Positions 1-13,825 of a stretch of DNA of 64,000 nt are shown here, in pieces. A program made the translations under genes and the position numbers. Positions within the stretch are counted from its first letter, which is position 1, and each line of letters begins with the position of its first letter. The stretch is from NCBI GenBank assembly GCA_038496445.1, contig JALMLS010000461.1:186001-250000 (forward strand), given 5' to 3'. This DNA comes from Trichosphaerium sp. ATCC 40318. Its lineage: Eukaryota; Protista; Tubulinea. The notes beneath the pieces are model-generated. The model was not told the origin of the DNA and ran no database searches. It worked only from the letters and a program-made list of their open reading frames with translations.

Positions 1-1248
1 ACTTGATGAGCTTCAATTATCGTGTGACGCCAGGAACACATTGAGAGAGTATGTAAGAGAACATGGCTACGCTATTGTGTCAGTTCCAACCGAAATGGTT
101 TGTACGGTCCTGAAAATGTGTTCTAATACGCGCCTTATAGGCCCAGATCTTCCGGCAAACTACTGACAGGTACATTTGCAACATTTCAAATCAAACATGA
201 TAGAACTGCAACTGAAACGCTACATACTCCTCCATATCGTTATGTCATCAACTTACGACTATATTAGCGCTGCTTCGTTTTTTGGCTATACAGAAGAGGT
301 GAAACGTGCTACACAGCAACTATTCTACGAAGTACCTCCCCACAAGGTATGTTTACAGGCTATTAGCTCGTTTTGCTCGTTGACACATGACATGTTACAA
401 TGCCATACTAATCTTAAAGCAAAAGGGTTTACTCGGTTACAATAGGCCTTCAGAAGCCAAAGAAGTACGGATTACCGCATACAGTAACCTTTAATCAATG
501 TAAGGTGTTTAGAATACGCAGAGGAGCTTACACAAAATGGCCTCAGGGTGACTTTAAGCAACAAGTTCTGAAATCTTTCGATTGTCTTGAGAAAATTGTA
601 GAATTGACAATGATTGCTTTACTGGGTTACCATAATATTTTTAGCACCCTTAAAACTAATGAGTGTATAGAACCCTTTGATTTTGACTATGATACACTCT
701 TAAAAGACACGTGTGACGACGTGGAACATCTTGATAAGGAAAATTTTTCGAGTTCTCCTTTTGATATTTTTCATTATTTCAATGTTGAGGAAGACACAAC
801 AGAACCAAAGAATTGTAGTATCCATGTCGATCCAGGTACTCACTTAATATAGAAGTTTAAGTTAACTGTTGTAGGATATCTAACGGTTGTGCCTTGTTGT
901 CAAGTACCAGGATTGGTTCTAAGAAGCAGAAGAGAGAAAGATTGGATACAAGCTGAAGTAGACCAACCACGTGCGTTAGCTGCAAAAGAGTTTTAATGTT
1001 AATTCCCACAAAGCGTTTGAGCAAGTATGCATATTCCCAGCTGCTGGTCTTCAAGTAGTATCAAGGAACTATTATGAAGGTAAAACGGTTATTTATTGCA
1101 TTCTTTATTTACATCAAGTGTATTTATAGGCACTGTCCATTATGTCAGTAAGAATCCTGAAATGGCACCGAGATTATCGTTAGTTTATGAACTACGCCCA
1201 AAGGCGTCCTATAATGTAACTACGTTTGTGAAAAAACTGAGTAATTAA
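1..1248 (+). CDS. 2-oxoglutarate/Fe(II)-dependent dioxygenase (IPNS-like), multi-exon, 5' end outside window
   Basis: Hand-spliced product CSIHVDPG|YLTVVP...GTVHYV...PRLSLVYELRP contains the HxD...H iron triad and RxS motif; TAA at 1246-1248. Confidence 0.8.
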
Positions 1249-1294
1249 ATAAATGAATAAAACGTGATAGATGATTTATTTACTGTAAGCTTCT

Positions 1295-3348
1295 TCAAGA
1301 CATGTAGGGTCCCCAGAATCCTCCATATAACCTTGCAAATAAGCAAGCCCGTTCGCTTGGATCGTCGTATGTTACGTTGAAAACAGTTAGACCAATCTCC
1401 TTTGAGCGCGTCATCAATTGTGCATGTACAAGAGGCATAGATTGCGATAGTTCTTCGTATTCATTGGGATCTTTAATAATATTGTAGAGGCACCCTGAAG
1501 TACAGTCTTGTGTTATTCTGGCAGTTAAGTAAACATTGGTAGCGTTAGGATACTGAGGACCGGTCCAACCTACGAAAAGAAGGCTAAGTTCCTTGTTTTC
1601 GGCAAGTTAAGTGATAGTCACACCTGCGTACTGTTCTTCACCAACCAACAGTTTGTATTGTCCTGAAATAAGATTTACATATCCATCTTGTTCTCCAGTC
1701 ATACCAGAGTAACTAGATAATGGAATTTCGTTCCTTGGTGACGTTGTAGTCGCACCAGTTAGCAAACTTAACAAAAGAGTTAGATGGTGTTTCAAAACCA
1801 TAATTAGTAGTCAACTCACGGCCACATGTTCAAGCTGTCAATAGGCATTAAACCTGCTTTTTCAGCTTCATGATCTTTTGGATCAACCCCAGCGAGATAG
1901 CAAAACGTTGCATACCTAGTTTTGGAAACAAAACATGTTAGATGCGAGATTGCAACTAAATCACGTGACGTACCAATCACATATGTGTATGTATCCACTT
2001 TGTTCTGTGCCATACAGTTTTTTTGGTATAAGCCCTCCTGTCGCTAAAGCTACGGTACGGACACCTCCTTCCCAATCAGAAGTTTTACCTCCTTTTAGAG
2101 GAAAGTTATTTGCTCCTCCATCTATTACGCTATTTATTGGACCCCAGTAGGTGGGACTATAAAGACAAAAGTTAAAACATATAGAATGGTTTGTCTACAA
2201 AGGTACCCTCCATTGTCAGCCGAGAACACAATAAGTGTGTTTTCCCACATTCCTTTTGCAATTAACGCCTTTGTAATATTCCCTATCGCTTCATCTAAGA
2301 ATGTCACCATTCCTTGGTACAAACGTCTGTGTTCGTTTATAGGTTGGTTTGAATATCTATCAACATATTCTTGAGGTACTTGAAGAGGTGCTATGTAATA
2401 AAACCGTTAGTTCCTGTCTGCGAAAAAAACCGGAATGATCGTACAATGAGCGTTTTGAAAGGCAGCATACAAAAAGAGGGGTACTCTGGTATCATGAGTT
2501 ACAATTGTTTTTACAGCAGCTTCTGTATAAAGGTATCCTCCATATGTACCGTTTAAACCAGTAGCAGGTTCATCAGTCTAAATAGTGTTAAGTTTTTCAA
2601 CAGGTCTTTAGTTCGTACATTCCACAAGTCAACGAACTCTTCTAAACAAGGAGGATTTCGTATCTTTTGAGTGTAATGATCCTCCGCCCCTTCAAAGAAG
2701 CCTAAGGCACTATCAAAACCTCGCCCTTCTGGAGTCTTATCAGGGTAAGCCTAAGGAGAAAGTCAATTGCCGAATCTTCACATCGAAGTTACCATGCCCA
2801 TGTGCCATTTTCCTAAGACGGAGTTAGCCTATCGCCATTGAACAAGTTTTATTGGAGTGTACCGACGTGGTGTGTTGCGTATCCTGCAGACTTTAATTTT
2901 GCAGATATCATAGTCATTTTCCTTGGCACTCCACCATTTGGAACACTGTTAGGATTATTTCTTTCGTTGACATGTATGGGCAAACGTCCTGTCATAAGGG
3001 AAGAACGAGTAGGAGAACAGAACTATACCAGTTTTAGTTGTTGGATTTTACAACTACCGAAGCTGTACCTTGTATGCGTAGTGACGTGTAAGTTCAATAC
3101 CATTCTTTTTAAAGCTATCAAGTGTTGGTGTAATCATTTCGCTGTTGTGGAATCCAACGTTACTCCATCCCAAGTCCTTGGTAAGAAGTTTACAACCATT
3201 GAATAACAGAACACGTGTTACAGTTTTCTTATCACGTGGTGTAAAGGATCGCACGTACGTCGGCAAGAATATAAACTATGTTTGGTCGAGTTCCAGCTTG
3301 AGCTGCAGCAAGACCACAAAACACAAATATGAGGAGCAGTGGAGACAT
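1295..3348 (-). CDS. Secreted arylsulfatase (ARSB-like), multi-exon
   Basis: Signal peptide MSPLLLIFVFCGLAAA, RPNIVYILADD, formylglycine motif CSPTRSSLMTGR, GKWHMG, NTLIVFSADNGG, C-terminal GFWGPY. Confidence 0.92.
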
Positions 3349-4111
3349 TGATGCTGTTCGTTATGGTTTATCAGTATTTGGCCGCAAAGATCGGCTTAAG
3401 CTCCAAAACTGCCGAAAATGACGCCGAAACTTCTAGCCTTAAGCTATGTACCAAAGCACGTTCGCATATATACCACTAACACGAAAACGAACCATTCCTT
3501 GTTAGTCAGATTTGTACATTTTTTTGTGTAAACACAGTTTAAAGCGTCAGTCAAGGATATTCAACACTTTTTGGTAATTTTTGAAGTGGCTGTACCAATG
3601 TCGCTGATTTATACTAATCGGTTCAATTGTGCTTATTCAATGGTGTTCTATCAGTTGCTGTAGAAAACATACAAAACTCAAAGAATCAACTTGTCGGAAA
3701 ATATATTTTTCCAATTTCTTTGATCTGGATTCTACACAATATCCACACTAAGAATGAACAGGTGTTTGATATCCCCTCTATGAAAAACCTCTTTTCATGA
3801 AATGAAAGGGACAGTTCATTGTTCACATGAAGTTTTTTTAACACGTGAAGAATGAGTGTTTTAATCAAAATCACGTGATTATTAAGAATTCATGCGCTTT
3901 CGTTTCATAGTTGCATTCTTTCTTGATAAAACCCTAGAAAACAAGACGCCCTTTGCACGTCTGTTAATGCTGGCAAGTGTCTTTATTTTTATTCATGAGT
4001 GCTTGTTGCTCATTGTTGGCGTCATCCCAAAACCAAGTTAGGTTCTTTAGTTTAACGTTATCAAACCGCAACTACTCTTTGAAGCTAAAAACATCATAAC
4101 ACTATAAAATT

Positions 4112-4546
4112 ATGCAACATACGACGTCAGCAATAAGTTCTCTAAACATAACCATCTTACGAGTATCCAACACCAAAAACAAATCAAAACAGATATCTGT
4201 TGAAGTGTATTTGTGGCCTCTTTATAAACATTCACGAGCAAATAAGGAGCGTACACGTTATGAGCCTATAAACAATTTAAAGTGCGTTCACTGGAATGCT
4301 CAGTTACTTCCATTGAAGGTCGATTGCACATCTATAGTTCCACAGTTTATTGTATTCAAGCTGAAAGAGAAGAAAATAATAAGAAACAAAACTATTGCGA
4401 AGACCTTCATCAATATAGATAGCTTTGGAGATATGGAGAAAAGGTTCAAAGGTACCTTCAAGATTAACATGAGAAACGGAAAGAAGAAGAACCATCCTAT
4501 TCTACAAGTCACAATACAAAACAAGCCGTTGGATAAAACAACATGA
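4112..4546 (+). CDS. Small intronless protein, probable C2 domain
   Basis: 144-aa ATG ORF with C2-like strand pattern (LNITIL...VEVYL...RTRY...VHWN...IVFKLKEK...TIAKTFINI). Confidence 0.5.
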   Translation: MQHTTSAISSLNITILRVSNTKNKSKQISVEVYLWPLYKHSRANKERTRYEPINNLKCVHWNAQLLPLKVDCTSIVPQFIVFKLKEKKIIRNKTIAKTFINIDSFGDMEKRFKGTFKINMRNGKKKNHPILQVTIQNKPLDKTT

Positions 4547-4696
4547 TGTGGCACAACAGCACAGGGCAGTAGTATATATCAACGTATCTGATGAATGGAG
4601 TGATGTACATAAAATAACATAGGAATCTACAAACATTGTTCATTGTAAACATATTTTTTATGGCTAAATATTGTATTCTTAGTTCTTTCCCTGATT

Positions 4697-5818
4697 TCAG
4701 TGGTGACAAATTAGACAAGGTACACCAGATATCACGTTCAACCCTTCATCTGTTACACTTGTGCCTGATAAGTTGATTGTGTGAACTCCTGCTAGTGCTC
4801 CAATGCCTTCATCTGTTATTCCTGTACAAAATCCAAGTCCAATTCTATGAGCTCTAGATAGTGCCCCTAGGCATTCGTCTGTCACATTAGTAGACATTAA
4901 ATCAATTGTATGAACTCGACTCAATGCTTTTACACCCTCATCTGTTATTCTATTGCATTCTATCAAGTAGATGTTATGCACACTTCCCAATGCCTTCAAA
5001 CCTTCGTCTGACACACTTGTACGTGTTAAATCAATTGTATGTACACCTGCTAATGCTTTTACACCTTCATCTGTCACATTGGTGCACACCAAAGAGATCA
5101 TGTGTACACCTGCCAACGCCTTAATACCCGAATCCGTTATTGATTTACAATTAAACAAGTTGATAGTGTGTACACCTGTTAATGCTGACAAACCGTCATC
5201 TGTTAGGTTATGACAACCCGAAAAAGCAATTGTGTGTACCCCTGCCAATGCCTTGATACCTGAATCTGTTATGTTATTGCACTGCGACAAGTCAATAGTG
5301 TGTACACCAGCCAAAGCTTTCAAACCTTCATCTGTTATGTTATAGCAACTCATCAAGTTGATAGTGTGTACACCAGCCAAAGCTATCAAACCTTCGTCTG
5401 TTACTCTTGTGGCTCCTAATTTGATATTGTGTACACCGGCTAATGCTTTGATTCCATCGTCTGTTATTCTCTGACAACAAAAAAGATCAATTGAGCGCAC
5501 TCCTGAAAGCAGATGTAAAGAATCATCGAAGACTGTATTGCTGATAAAATGCAAAGAAATTGCAGTGTTCTGAAGTAAAGGGCTGCCAGAAAGTACATAC
5601 ACCTCACTTTTGCTAGAAACATTAATTGTATTGTATCCCACGTGATAGTGTACAATGTCTCGCATCAAACGACATGTTTGGGCTGATCTCAGTGTAAATG
5701 GCCCGCATTTCAAAATAAGAACGATAATTTCAACTGGAAATGAGATAAGCTCAATATTGTGCCTATTTGAGATGTCGCTTTGCTTTTTTGGAATAGGTTC
5801 GTCTATTTCGTTTTCCAT
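4697..5818 (-). CDS. F-box-like/leucine-rich repeat protein, paralog 1 (intronless)
   Basis: N-terminal LISFPVEIIVLILK...AQTCRLMR, then about 12 repeats of TDEG(I/L)KALAGVHTIxL. Confidence 0.88.
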   Translation of the reverse strand: MENEIDEPIPKKQSDISNRHNIELISFPVEIIVLILKCGPFTLRSAQTCRLMRDIVHYHVGYNTINVSSKSEVYVLSGSPLLQNTAISLHFISNTVFDDSLHLLSGVRSIDLFCCQRITDDGIKALAGVHNIKLGATRVTDEGLIALAGVHTINLMSCYNITDEGLKALAGVHTIDLSQCNNITDSGIKALAGVHTIAFSGCHNLTDDGLSALTGVHTINLFNCKSITDSGIKALAGVHMISLVCTNVTDEGVKALAGVHTIDLTRTSVSDEGLKALGSVHNIYLIECNRITDEGVKALSRVHTIDLMSTNVTDECLGALSRAHRIGLGFCTGITDEGIGALAGVHTINLSGTSVTDEGLNVISGVPCLICHH

Positions 5819-6353
5819 TGTGTAGAACCGGTTTTAGAGGCTATTACGACTAAGATAGTCAAGAGTTGTTGTAGTGTTGTATACTATTTATTTTGGTCTT
5901 AAGGACAGCGTACATTAAGTAGGTCTTCTGTGAAGGTTGGTTGAACCTCAATGTGATTCTTGATGACTAACTGATTGATTTCCACCTTACAAGAGTCGTC
6001 AATTCCGTATGTCACGTGATAATTGTTACTTTTTTGACAGTTGTATCCGCCCTTTTGCGCAGAACACATGTACCACAACAATATTAAATTGCATGTCATA
6101 TGATAAGATAAAGATGGTAGGCAAGATATCACCTGCATGACCACTCAAGAATTGGAAATTAGCCTGGACATCCTCCAATAGATATTGAATACTTCGAATC
6201 AACAATCTGTATTCTCCAAAAATACAAGTTTCCTTCAGGTTTAGTCGAAGTTTCAAATGAGAAAAGTCGACTGTTTTCCTATTTTAAAGAACGAACGGTA
6301 ACGCCAACCGCTTTTCGTGTACGAACCGCTTCCACTAACCACTCCAGAATAGT

Positions 6354-7998
6354 ATGGCACTTACTCAGGCATATAGCCTCACGTTGGATACTCTACATAC
6401 AGTTACGCCTCAACAGGTAATTAAAACGCTAATTAGCCTCATAGGACATTTACGGAATGATTGTGTCCCGTTTAGACGTAAAGGATGCTTTATCGCTCTT
6501 CGCAACGAATAATACGCTAAATGAAGTACTCACTAGACTCCTACACAATTATCACTAATTTCAGATACACAATTACGAATGGATCTGGCGATTGCTGTTA
6601 AAACGCGATTATACTCACATAATACCACTACTTGACGCGAAGAAGAGCAACATAGAAGTTTACAAGGAGCTTAGTACGTATTGAGAGTTTGTTTTATTAA
6701 AACAGCGTTGAATGGCTTTAAGACAAAAATTTGTTGTACCACAGGAACCACAACGTGCAAAAAACTTTTGGTGACTACAGGTCATCGGTTGTTTGCCGTA
6801 AAAAAAATTTGCTCTTAATGCCTATTTTTAGCCCTTAAATACCCTTCAACATTTGGTTACAAAAGAGATGATGGGCATGAGGCTAGCGTTATTACGAATA
6901 CTAATGATGGCCGACTATGTTTATCAAAAGCAATTGGTCGCGTCATTGTATGTGTCAAAACTTTGAAGGACAACATTCTCTTTTTTTTCTTACAAAAAGC
7001 TACTGTATACAGTTTGGCTGTTGCTTTCGATTCCAAGATAGCTAGAGCTCACTTGTTATTTTAGACGGATCAATCAATCCAAAGATGGCCGTGGGTTTCT
7101 GACATATTTGATTTAAAAGTAGCTTATTATGAAATCGAAGTTGTTGAAGGGTATGCTCAATCTTTGTTGTTGCTTTCTTTAGTTGTAAATATTAGCTAAG
7201 GAAATCGTTTAGACAAGGTTGTATTGGGTTCGGTCAGTTTAATTATACTAGAAACAACGCTGTTGGATGGAATTTACATAGTATTGGATTCCACAGTGAT
7301 GATGCAGGTATGAAACAATTTTTTTGGAAATTGTTTTTCAAGTATCCTTTTTTCGTCAATTAACTGGATAATAGGAAAGTTCCATGGAAATTCAGTTTGG
7401 AAACACTCATTTACATACGAAAATAAAAATAGAAATCTAGGTCCTGGATGCACTATTGGTGAGTCAATGTTTTTGTTTGATGAAATCTGAAAGGGTTTTT
7501 TTTTTAAAACTGACCCTAACTCTTTCAGGCGCGGGATTGCTTGCAAATGGCCTTGTCTTTGCTACTTTAAATGGAAAACTATGTGAACTTGGTTCAAAAA
7601 CTTTTTCAGAGGAAGAAAGAGATTCGGTTCATCCTACAGTTACAGTAGTTAATTCAAGCGATGTTATTAACATAAACTTTGGCAAGGTAAACTAACCTTC
7701 TCTTTTTTTTTTTTTTTTGACAATCTCCTCTAAGTTAGAGATACTTTTATTTTCTTTTGATGTAAAACTCTTACTTGGGTATCCTTCAATCTCAGGAGAA
7801 CAAAATAAGTTTTGACTTTCGTCTAACTTTTTTTTCTTGCACCAAAAGGCTCGGTTTATGTTTGATGTTGGTTCTTTTTTGAAGACTCACGACTGGCTGA
7901 TTAAAAAGTTGCAGGATGATATGTTTAAATTATTAAAAGTAAACCCTGAATGGGATCTAACAAATCCAAATGAAGAAATAGAGTTTGTATACAAATAA
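6354..7998 (+). CDS. F-box-like + SPRY domain protein, multi-exon
   Basis: Exons encode DIYGMIVSRLDVKDALSLFATN (F-box-like), AYYEIEV, VGWNLHSIGFHSDD, GLVFATLNG, HPTVTV...INFG (RanBP9/Ssh4-type SPRY motifs). Confidence 0.7.
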
Positions 7999-8189
7999 AA
8001 AAACACTTTCCAACTCCATATCGACTAACAACACCCCTCCTGTACTCCCAAAATAAATCATGTCATTTCCTAAGACAACCCACTACCACCACTACGCTCC
8101 CCAACTCCTTCTTGGGTACACGGGCTAAGCACTTTGGCATAGCGTCTTGGGTTTTGTACCTTTTCAAGCCCAACCCTATTGAGTCACCT

Positions 8190-11100
8190 GTTATGATGAC
8201 CGTGTCGTTTTCATTTCTGCTTAAGCAAACACAATTGAAAAAAGATTAAATAACTAACTATATTAATGGGCTACTAATAATAATTACACCAATCGAAAAA
8301 AAATTTGTTTACAACAATCTATGATACCCCCTTGAAATGAAAAAGTTGGAGGTTGGGGTTTTTTCTTGTTTTCTTCTTTTGTTTTTTTTTTTGAAATTAG
8401 TCGATATAACCTTTCAGCAATCCTTCTAATTGGTAATCACCACCTATTTTATGTCCTATTTGAGTCAATATGTGAGTTTAACAGAGCTTTTGTAGACCTG
8501 TACATACCTAACAAAGGCATCTTTGGTCGTTTATAAAGACGAAGAAGTAGTGAAGATGTGACAACAGACACAGAAGAAAAAGCCATACAAACACCGGCCA
8601 GATAAGGAGGTATTGTGATGCCTGCTGGTAGAAGTACACCAGCAGCAAGAGGAATACCTAAAACGGAGTAAATTAGAAAAGGATAACAGGCACTTGAAAA
8701 AGAAGTAGTCATCTAATTCAAACAGTTGGCGTACCAATGATGTTGTAAAGCAAAGCCCACAAATAATTAAGTTTAATACGAGAATAAGTCTTTTTAGACA
8801 GATCAATAGCAGTCAATACATCAGTAAGTATGCTCTTTACAAGTACCATATCAGCTGCCTCTATTGCAATGTCCTATTAAAGAATACCATTAAAAACAAA
8901 TTCAACACAACATAAAAAACCATCCCGTCAGCTGACACGTGTCATAAAAGAGTTTATCTAATGTGAATTAAAAGCAAACGTACTGTTCCAGCGCCAATAG
9001 CGATACCAATATCAGCGGCTGCAAGAGCAGGTGAATCATTTATACCATCACCAACCATAGCAACTACCTCAGATAGTGCCTAAAAAAGTTTTTGGCATTA
9101 GCGACATGAGAAAGGTTTATTCCTTTAAGGTACGTACTTGAAGTTCTTTTACTTTTTCTGCTTTTTGTGCTGGTAAGACTTCTGCAATAATATTATCAAT
9201 GCCAACCTTTAAAAAATGTTTGTAAGTCAGCGTAGCCATGTAGGGTCGTACTTTTGCTGCTAGTGCATTGGCAGTTGTTTTATTATCACCTGAAACCATC
9301 CAACAAGCGATTTTCATTCGGTGTAGTTCTTGGATAACAAAGGCAGCTTCAGGCTGTTTATCGAAAAAACACGTGAGTTTCAACAAAAAAAATAAGAACT
9401 TGTGTGGTTACCTTAACTGGATCACCAATAGCTATGAGTCCACATAAAATATTTCTAATTGAAGCAAATACAACTGTGTTTCCAGCCTGTTCCATAGTCA
9501 AAGCCCTATTCTCAACATCACCTAGCAACGTTTTGTTAACAAAAAACACAGTTTGGCTTTTTTTTAGTTGAATACGTACTCGCTATCGAAATACCATGTT
9601 CCTTCATCCAAGCTCTATTGCCAACAATCACTGGCTGTCCTTTTACATTACACGATACACCTTTACCACTTGTTGACTATCAAAAACTGTCAGATCTTCA
9701 AAAAGTCGTATTTTTTCAACAAAAAAAAAAGTTCGTCCAGTCACTGACTAGTGTACGTACAATAAAGTTTTGTGGAGATGGTATTGGTCCATCTGTAACT
9801 TTATTTGCTGCTTTTACTATGGCTACAGCCAAGGGATGTTGACTAGCAGATTCTGCTGCTCCAATCTAAAGGAAATAAAAAGTGAGCAAAACTGTTAGAT
9901 TTTACAAAAGAACTGCAAGGGACGGTACATACAAAATCATAAAATTGCCTTTCAGATTTAACGATATCTTGTCCATGTAATAAGATTGTTTCCATAACCT
10001 CAGGTTCACCTAAAATAGTGTTAACACATCGAAATTGTAGTTCTTTTTTTTTCTGTTTTTGTACCTTTAGTTAGTGTCCCAGTTTTATCAAATATAATAA
10101 CAGACACCTTGTGTGCGGTTTCAAGCGCAGTACCACTTTTAATGAGGATACCTAGCACATGATTTTAACTTCAAAGTCCATAACAGCAAAGCATGAAATG
10201 CTACAAAATATGCTTCAAAAAAGTAAATTATACTTACCATTCTGTGCGCCAATACCCGTTCCAACCATAACAGCGGTAGGTGTAGCTAATCCTAAAGCGC
10301 AAGGACACGAAATGACAACAACTGATATAGCAAACAACAGCGAAAACAAAAATGGGCTAGTCCCTGCACGTGGCAAAATAAGCTTAATAGCAAACCTTTC
10401 TTATGTCACGCACCGTGCAAATATTTTGCAGGTATATACCCTTCTACAGTAAGCCAGAACCATATCATGAATGTAAATAGAGAAATGCCTATTATGAAAG
10501 GTACAAATACTGCAGAAACGTTATCTGCAATGAGCTGTATAGGTGCTTTGTCCATCTGAAGTAAAAAAATTGAGTGAACAAATGTTGAATGTGATTTTTA
10601 GTTGTACCTGCGCTTGATGCACTAGTTTGATTATATTTGCAAGACTAGTATTTGAACCAACACGTGTTGCTTTATATAGGATCATACCATTTCTGGCTAT
10701 TGTACCAGCAATAACAGTTGAACCTGGTTTTTTTGATCGAGGCATTGACTCACCTAAAAATTATTGGTTTGTTGTTTGTTCGCTTAACACTTCATTTGTT
10801 AATTACCAGTTAGCATTGATTCATCTATATTAGTGGTGCCGAATACAACTAAACCATCTGTAGGCACTCTATTACCTGCAGTGACCTTGGATAGAGGTAA
10901 GAAAGAACATTGATTTTGAATAACATGAATGTTGTACCTTAATTACATCGCCAGTTTGAAGCAAATTGGCGTCAATCTCCTTTTCAGAAGTGACATTAAA
11001 ATCTTTGTCAACAACCACCAACGTAGCTACATCGGCCTATAACATAATTTAACCCTAAGGCTGCAAGAAGAAGCAAGAAAAATATGAATACAGTAAAAAA

Positions 11101-13283
11101 AAATAACAAACCTGCAGTCCCATTAAGTTTGCAATTGCATTCGATGTGTTGCCTTTAGCAACTGTCTCCAAGTATTTACCAAAAGTAATTATAGGTATAA
11201 GCATAGCAGAGGTATCAAAAAACGTGTGCACTACAACAAAACCCAACAATTAAACAAACAATACAACGTCAAAAAAAGTATAATTATTAAAAACGTACAA
11301 ACAAAGTCTGGTTCAACCATGGCGTATAAAACAGCGCATACACTATAGGTAAAAGCTGCGCTTGTTCCAAGTGCAATTAAAACATTCATGTCACCTCTTA
11401 AATGCTTCAAAGACTTCCAAGCACCAACGTAGTACCGCTTACCAATACCAAACTTGAACAAAGTTAACAAAGATAAAAAGTAAGTTAATCTTGAAACGAA
11501 CCTGTATAGGAATTGTAAGAATGAATTGCAAAAAAACTCCAATACTCAAGCTTGGTAATAGCTTTACATCTAAAATTCGCTTCATAACTATTATATCACG
11601 TGAGCAAGAGTTTAAAAAAAAATAGGTTCAAACTTCTGATTAAAATCATAGGAAAAAAAGTAGATGTTGTTCGCTTATTTTTAAGTGTAATTAAAGGGTA
11701 GAAGTACTTACAACTAATATGGTTCAACACCATTGATATTATGACTACAGGTAATGCAAATATAATGCTAGAGAACAACAAGATTAACAAAAACAGGATA
11801 TTTTTGAAAACCAAAAAAAAAACTCAGTATTTGATGAAACGAACCTAATAAACATGACCCATCTTAATTGCTTTCTCTTTCCTAACTGCTGTAATCTTTG
11901 TACAGAAACAACATCATTTGTCATTATTTTCGCAGTAAATCCACACTACAAAACAAGTATTAGTGACCAAAAAAATAAGTAATAGGTTTTTGAAGCAAAC
12001 ACAAAAAAAAACCAGTACATCTTCTATAATTTCTATGATATCGCGAATACCAATAAGACTAGAGTTATATTTTACCACTCCAATATCTGTAGAAGCAGAA
12101 ACGCTAATATCTTTTACACCATCTTCACCACCGACCTGTAATAATACGTTTTACAAACTAATTTTTTCATATGACAGTTTCTGATAAATCACCGACTTAC
12201 CATGCTCTCAATTGTGACAGCACAAGCACCACATGTCATACCACTTATCATTAATCGTACAGTATCATCTTCAATCTATAAAGAGTGGTATAAGCGAGAA
12301 AACCTTCCGGTTTTTTTCATACCACGTCAATTTTCTTTGCGTGGAATCCAAGGTCTTCAACAGCCTCTTCAATCTCTTTGACCTTAACTGAATTAATACC
12401 TTACACCAAAGACAAGACGACATACGTCTTTTAATATTGACGGGTCTATAATTACATTTGCCACTTCAGCAACAAGAGAAACATTGATAGAAACAACACC
12501 ATCCATAGATCCAACAAAACTCTCTATTGTCTGAGAACAAGCACCACATGTCTAAAACCCACGTGATTAACAAATATACTTAATAAAAACACCCATACCA
12601 TCCCAGTTATACTAAAAGCTACAGTCTCCATGCCTTCTTGAGGGTCTAGAATGACAAGTTGTTCTGGTTGAGATTTGTGAAGTGAACTTTTTTTTTCCTG
12701 TTTGGAATAGTCTTTAGCTTCTTTTACGTCTGCATCCTTTTGTTTGAACCAAAAAAAATACGTACCGGTATTGTATTCATTTCTATACGTGTATCTGTAG
12801 TTCTATCGTTCGATGACACCTTGCTATAACCCGATTTGGGTTTAGTTTTATTACTCGCTTTAAGCGGCTTATCGCTCTCGTTTGTGTAATTGGAAGCAAT
12901 TTTTGATGCGATCGTATCTTTTGGTGTTGGTTTAACCACTCGTGACATGTCGACAAGCAAAGACGCTTCGAAACCTACGTTAAAGGATATTTAGATGCGC
13001 GTGAGTGTCGTTGGAAAAATATTCGTAAAACGTTGCGGAATTACGCACCGTAGTCATTAACTATCTCCAAAATGTCGTCCACTACAGGCGTGCCATAAAC
13101 AGTAGCTTGTTTCGCTTCAAGATCCATTATGACGTTCGTAACATTGTCTATAGTGCGTATAGCTGACTCTACTGATGATGTACAGCCACTAGAGAAGTAT
13201 AAGAACAGTAAAAATTATACCGGCGCTTATTATTACCCGCAAGTCATGCCGTTCACTCTAAGGTAGATAACCTGAGGCTCCAT
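8190..13283 (-). CDS. Copper-transporting P1B-type ATPase (ATP7/CCC2-like), many exons; 3' end approximate
   Basis: Three GMTCxxC HMA domains, [62 protein letters not shown] at 13283; last exons ambiguous (stop near 8190 or at 8449). Confidence 0.95.
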
Positions 13284-13825
13284 GGTTCCACTTTTACTGT
13301 GAAATGTACTGATAAAGGAATAGTTGCTATAAACCGTAAATTTACGACTATTATACCGTGTGTCTCAAGGGTGTATATAACTTTCGAATATCCGTGCAAG
13401 TGGTCAAAATCTGTCTGTTTTTAGAAAATATAAATCATTTCAAAATCATGAGTTTTCACAAACACCAACCTCCATAATGTGGTCTAACTACGCTCCAAGT
13501 GATGTAGTACTTACACTTGACTGCATATGGGTCTTCCAGATGAATAATTGAACTTTGAAGTAAATACAATTAACTGTGTAAGAAGGTTTTACCTAGGTAC
13601 TTACAAACGCGTGTAATATCCGATCCGTCAACAGTTTTGCTGTTGAGTCATTTTAGGACTTTTACAGATTTTTGACAAAAATGCGTTCCACATCTACTTT
13701 CCGTTTTAATAACATTTCGAAAATCAAACCAGGGCATTAACAAACCGCAAGCAAGATATTGGAGAAGGGAATCGTACTTGCGTTGGTGGTTACACGAAGT
13801 CAACTCCGGTCTTTTTGGACATGCA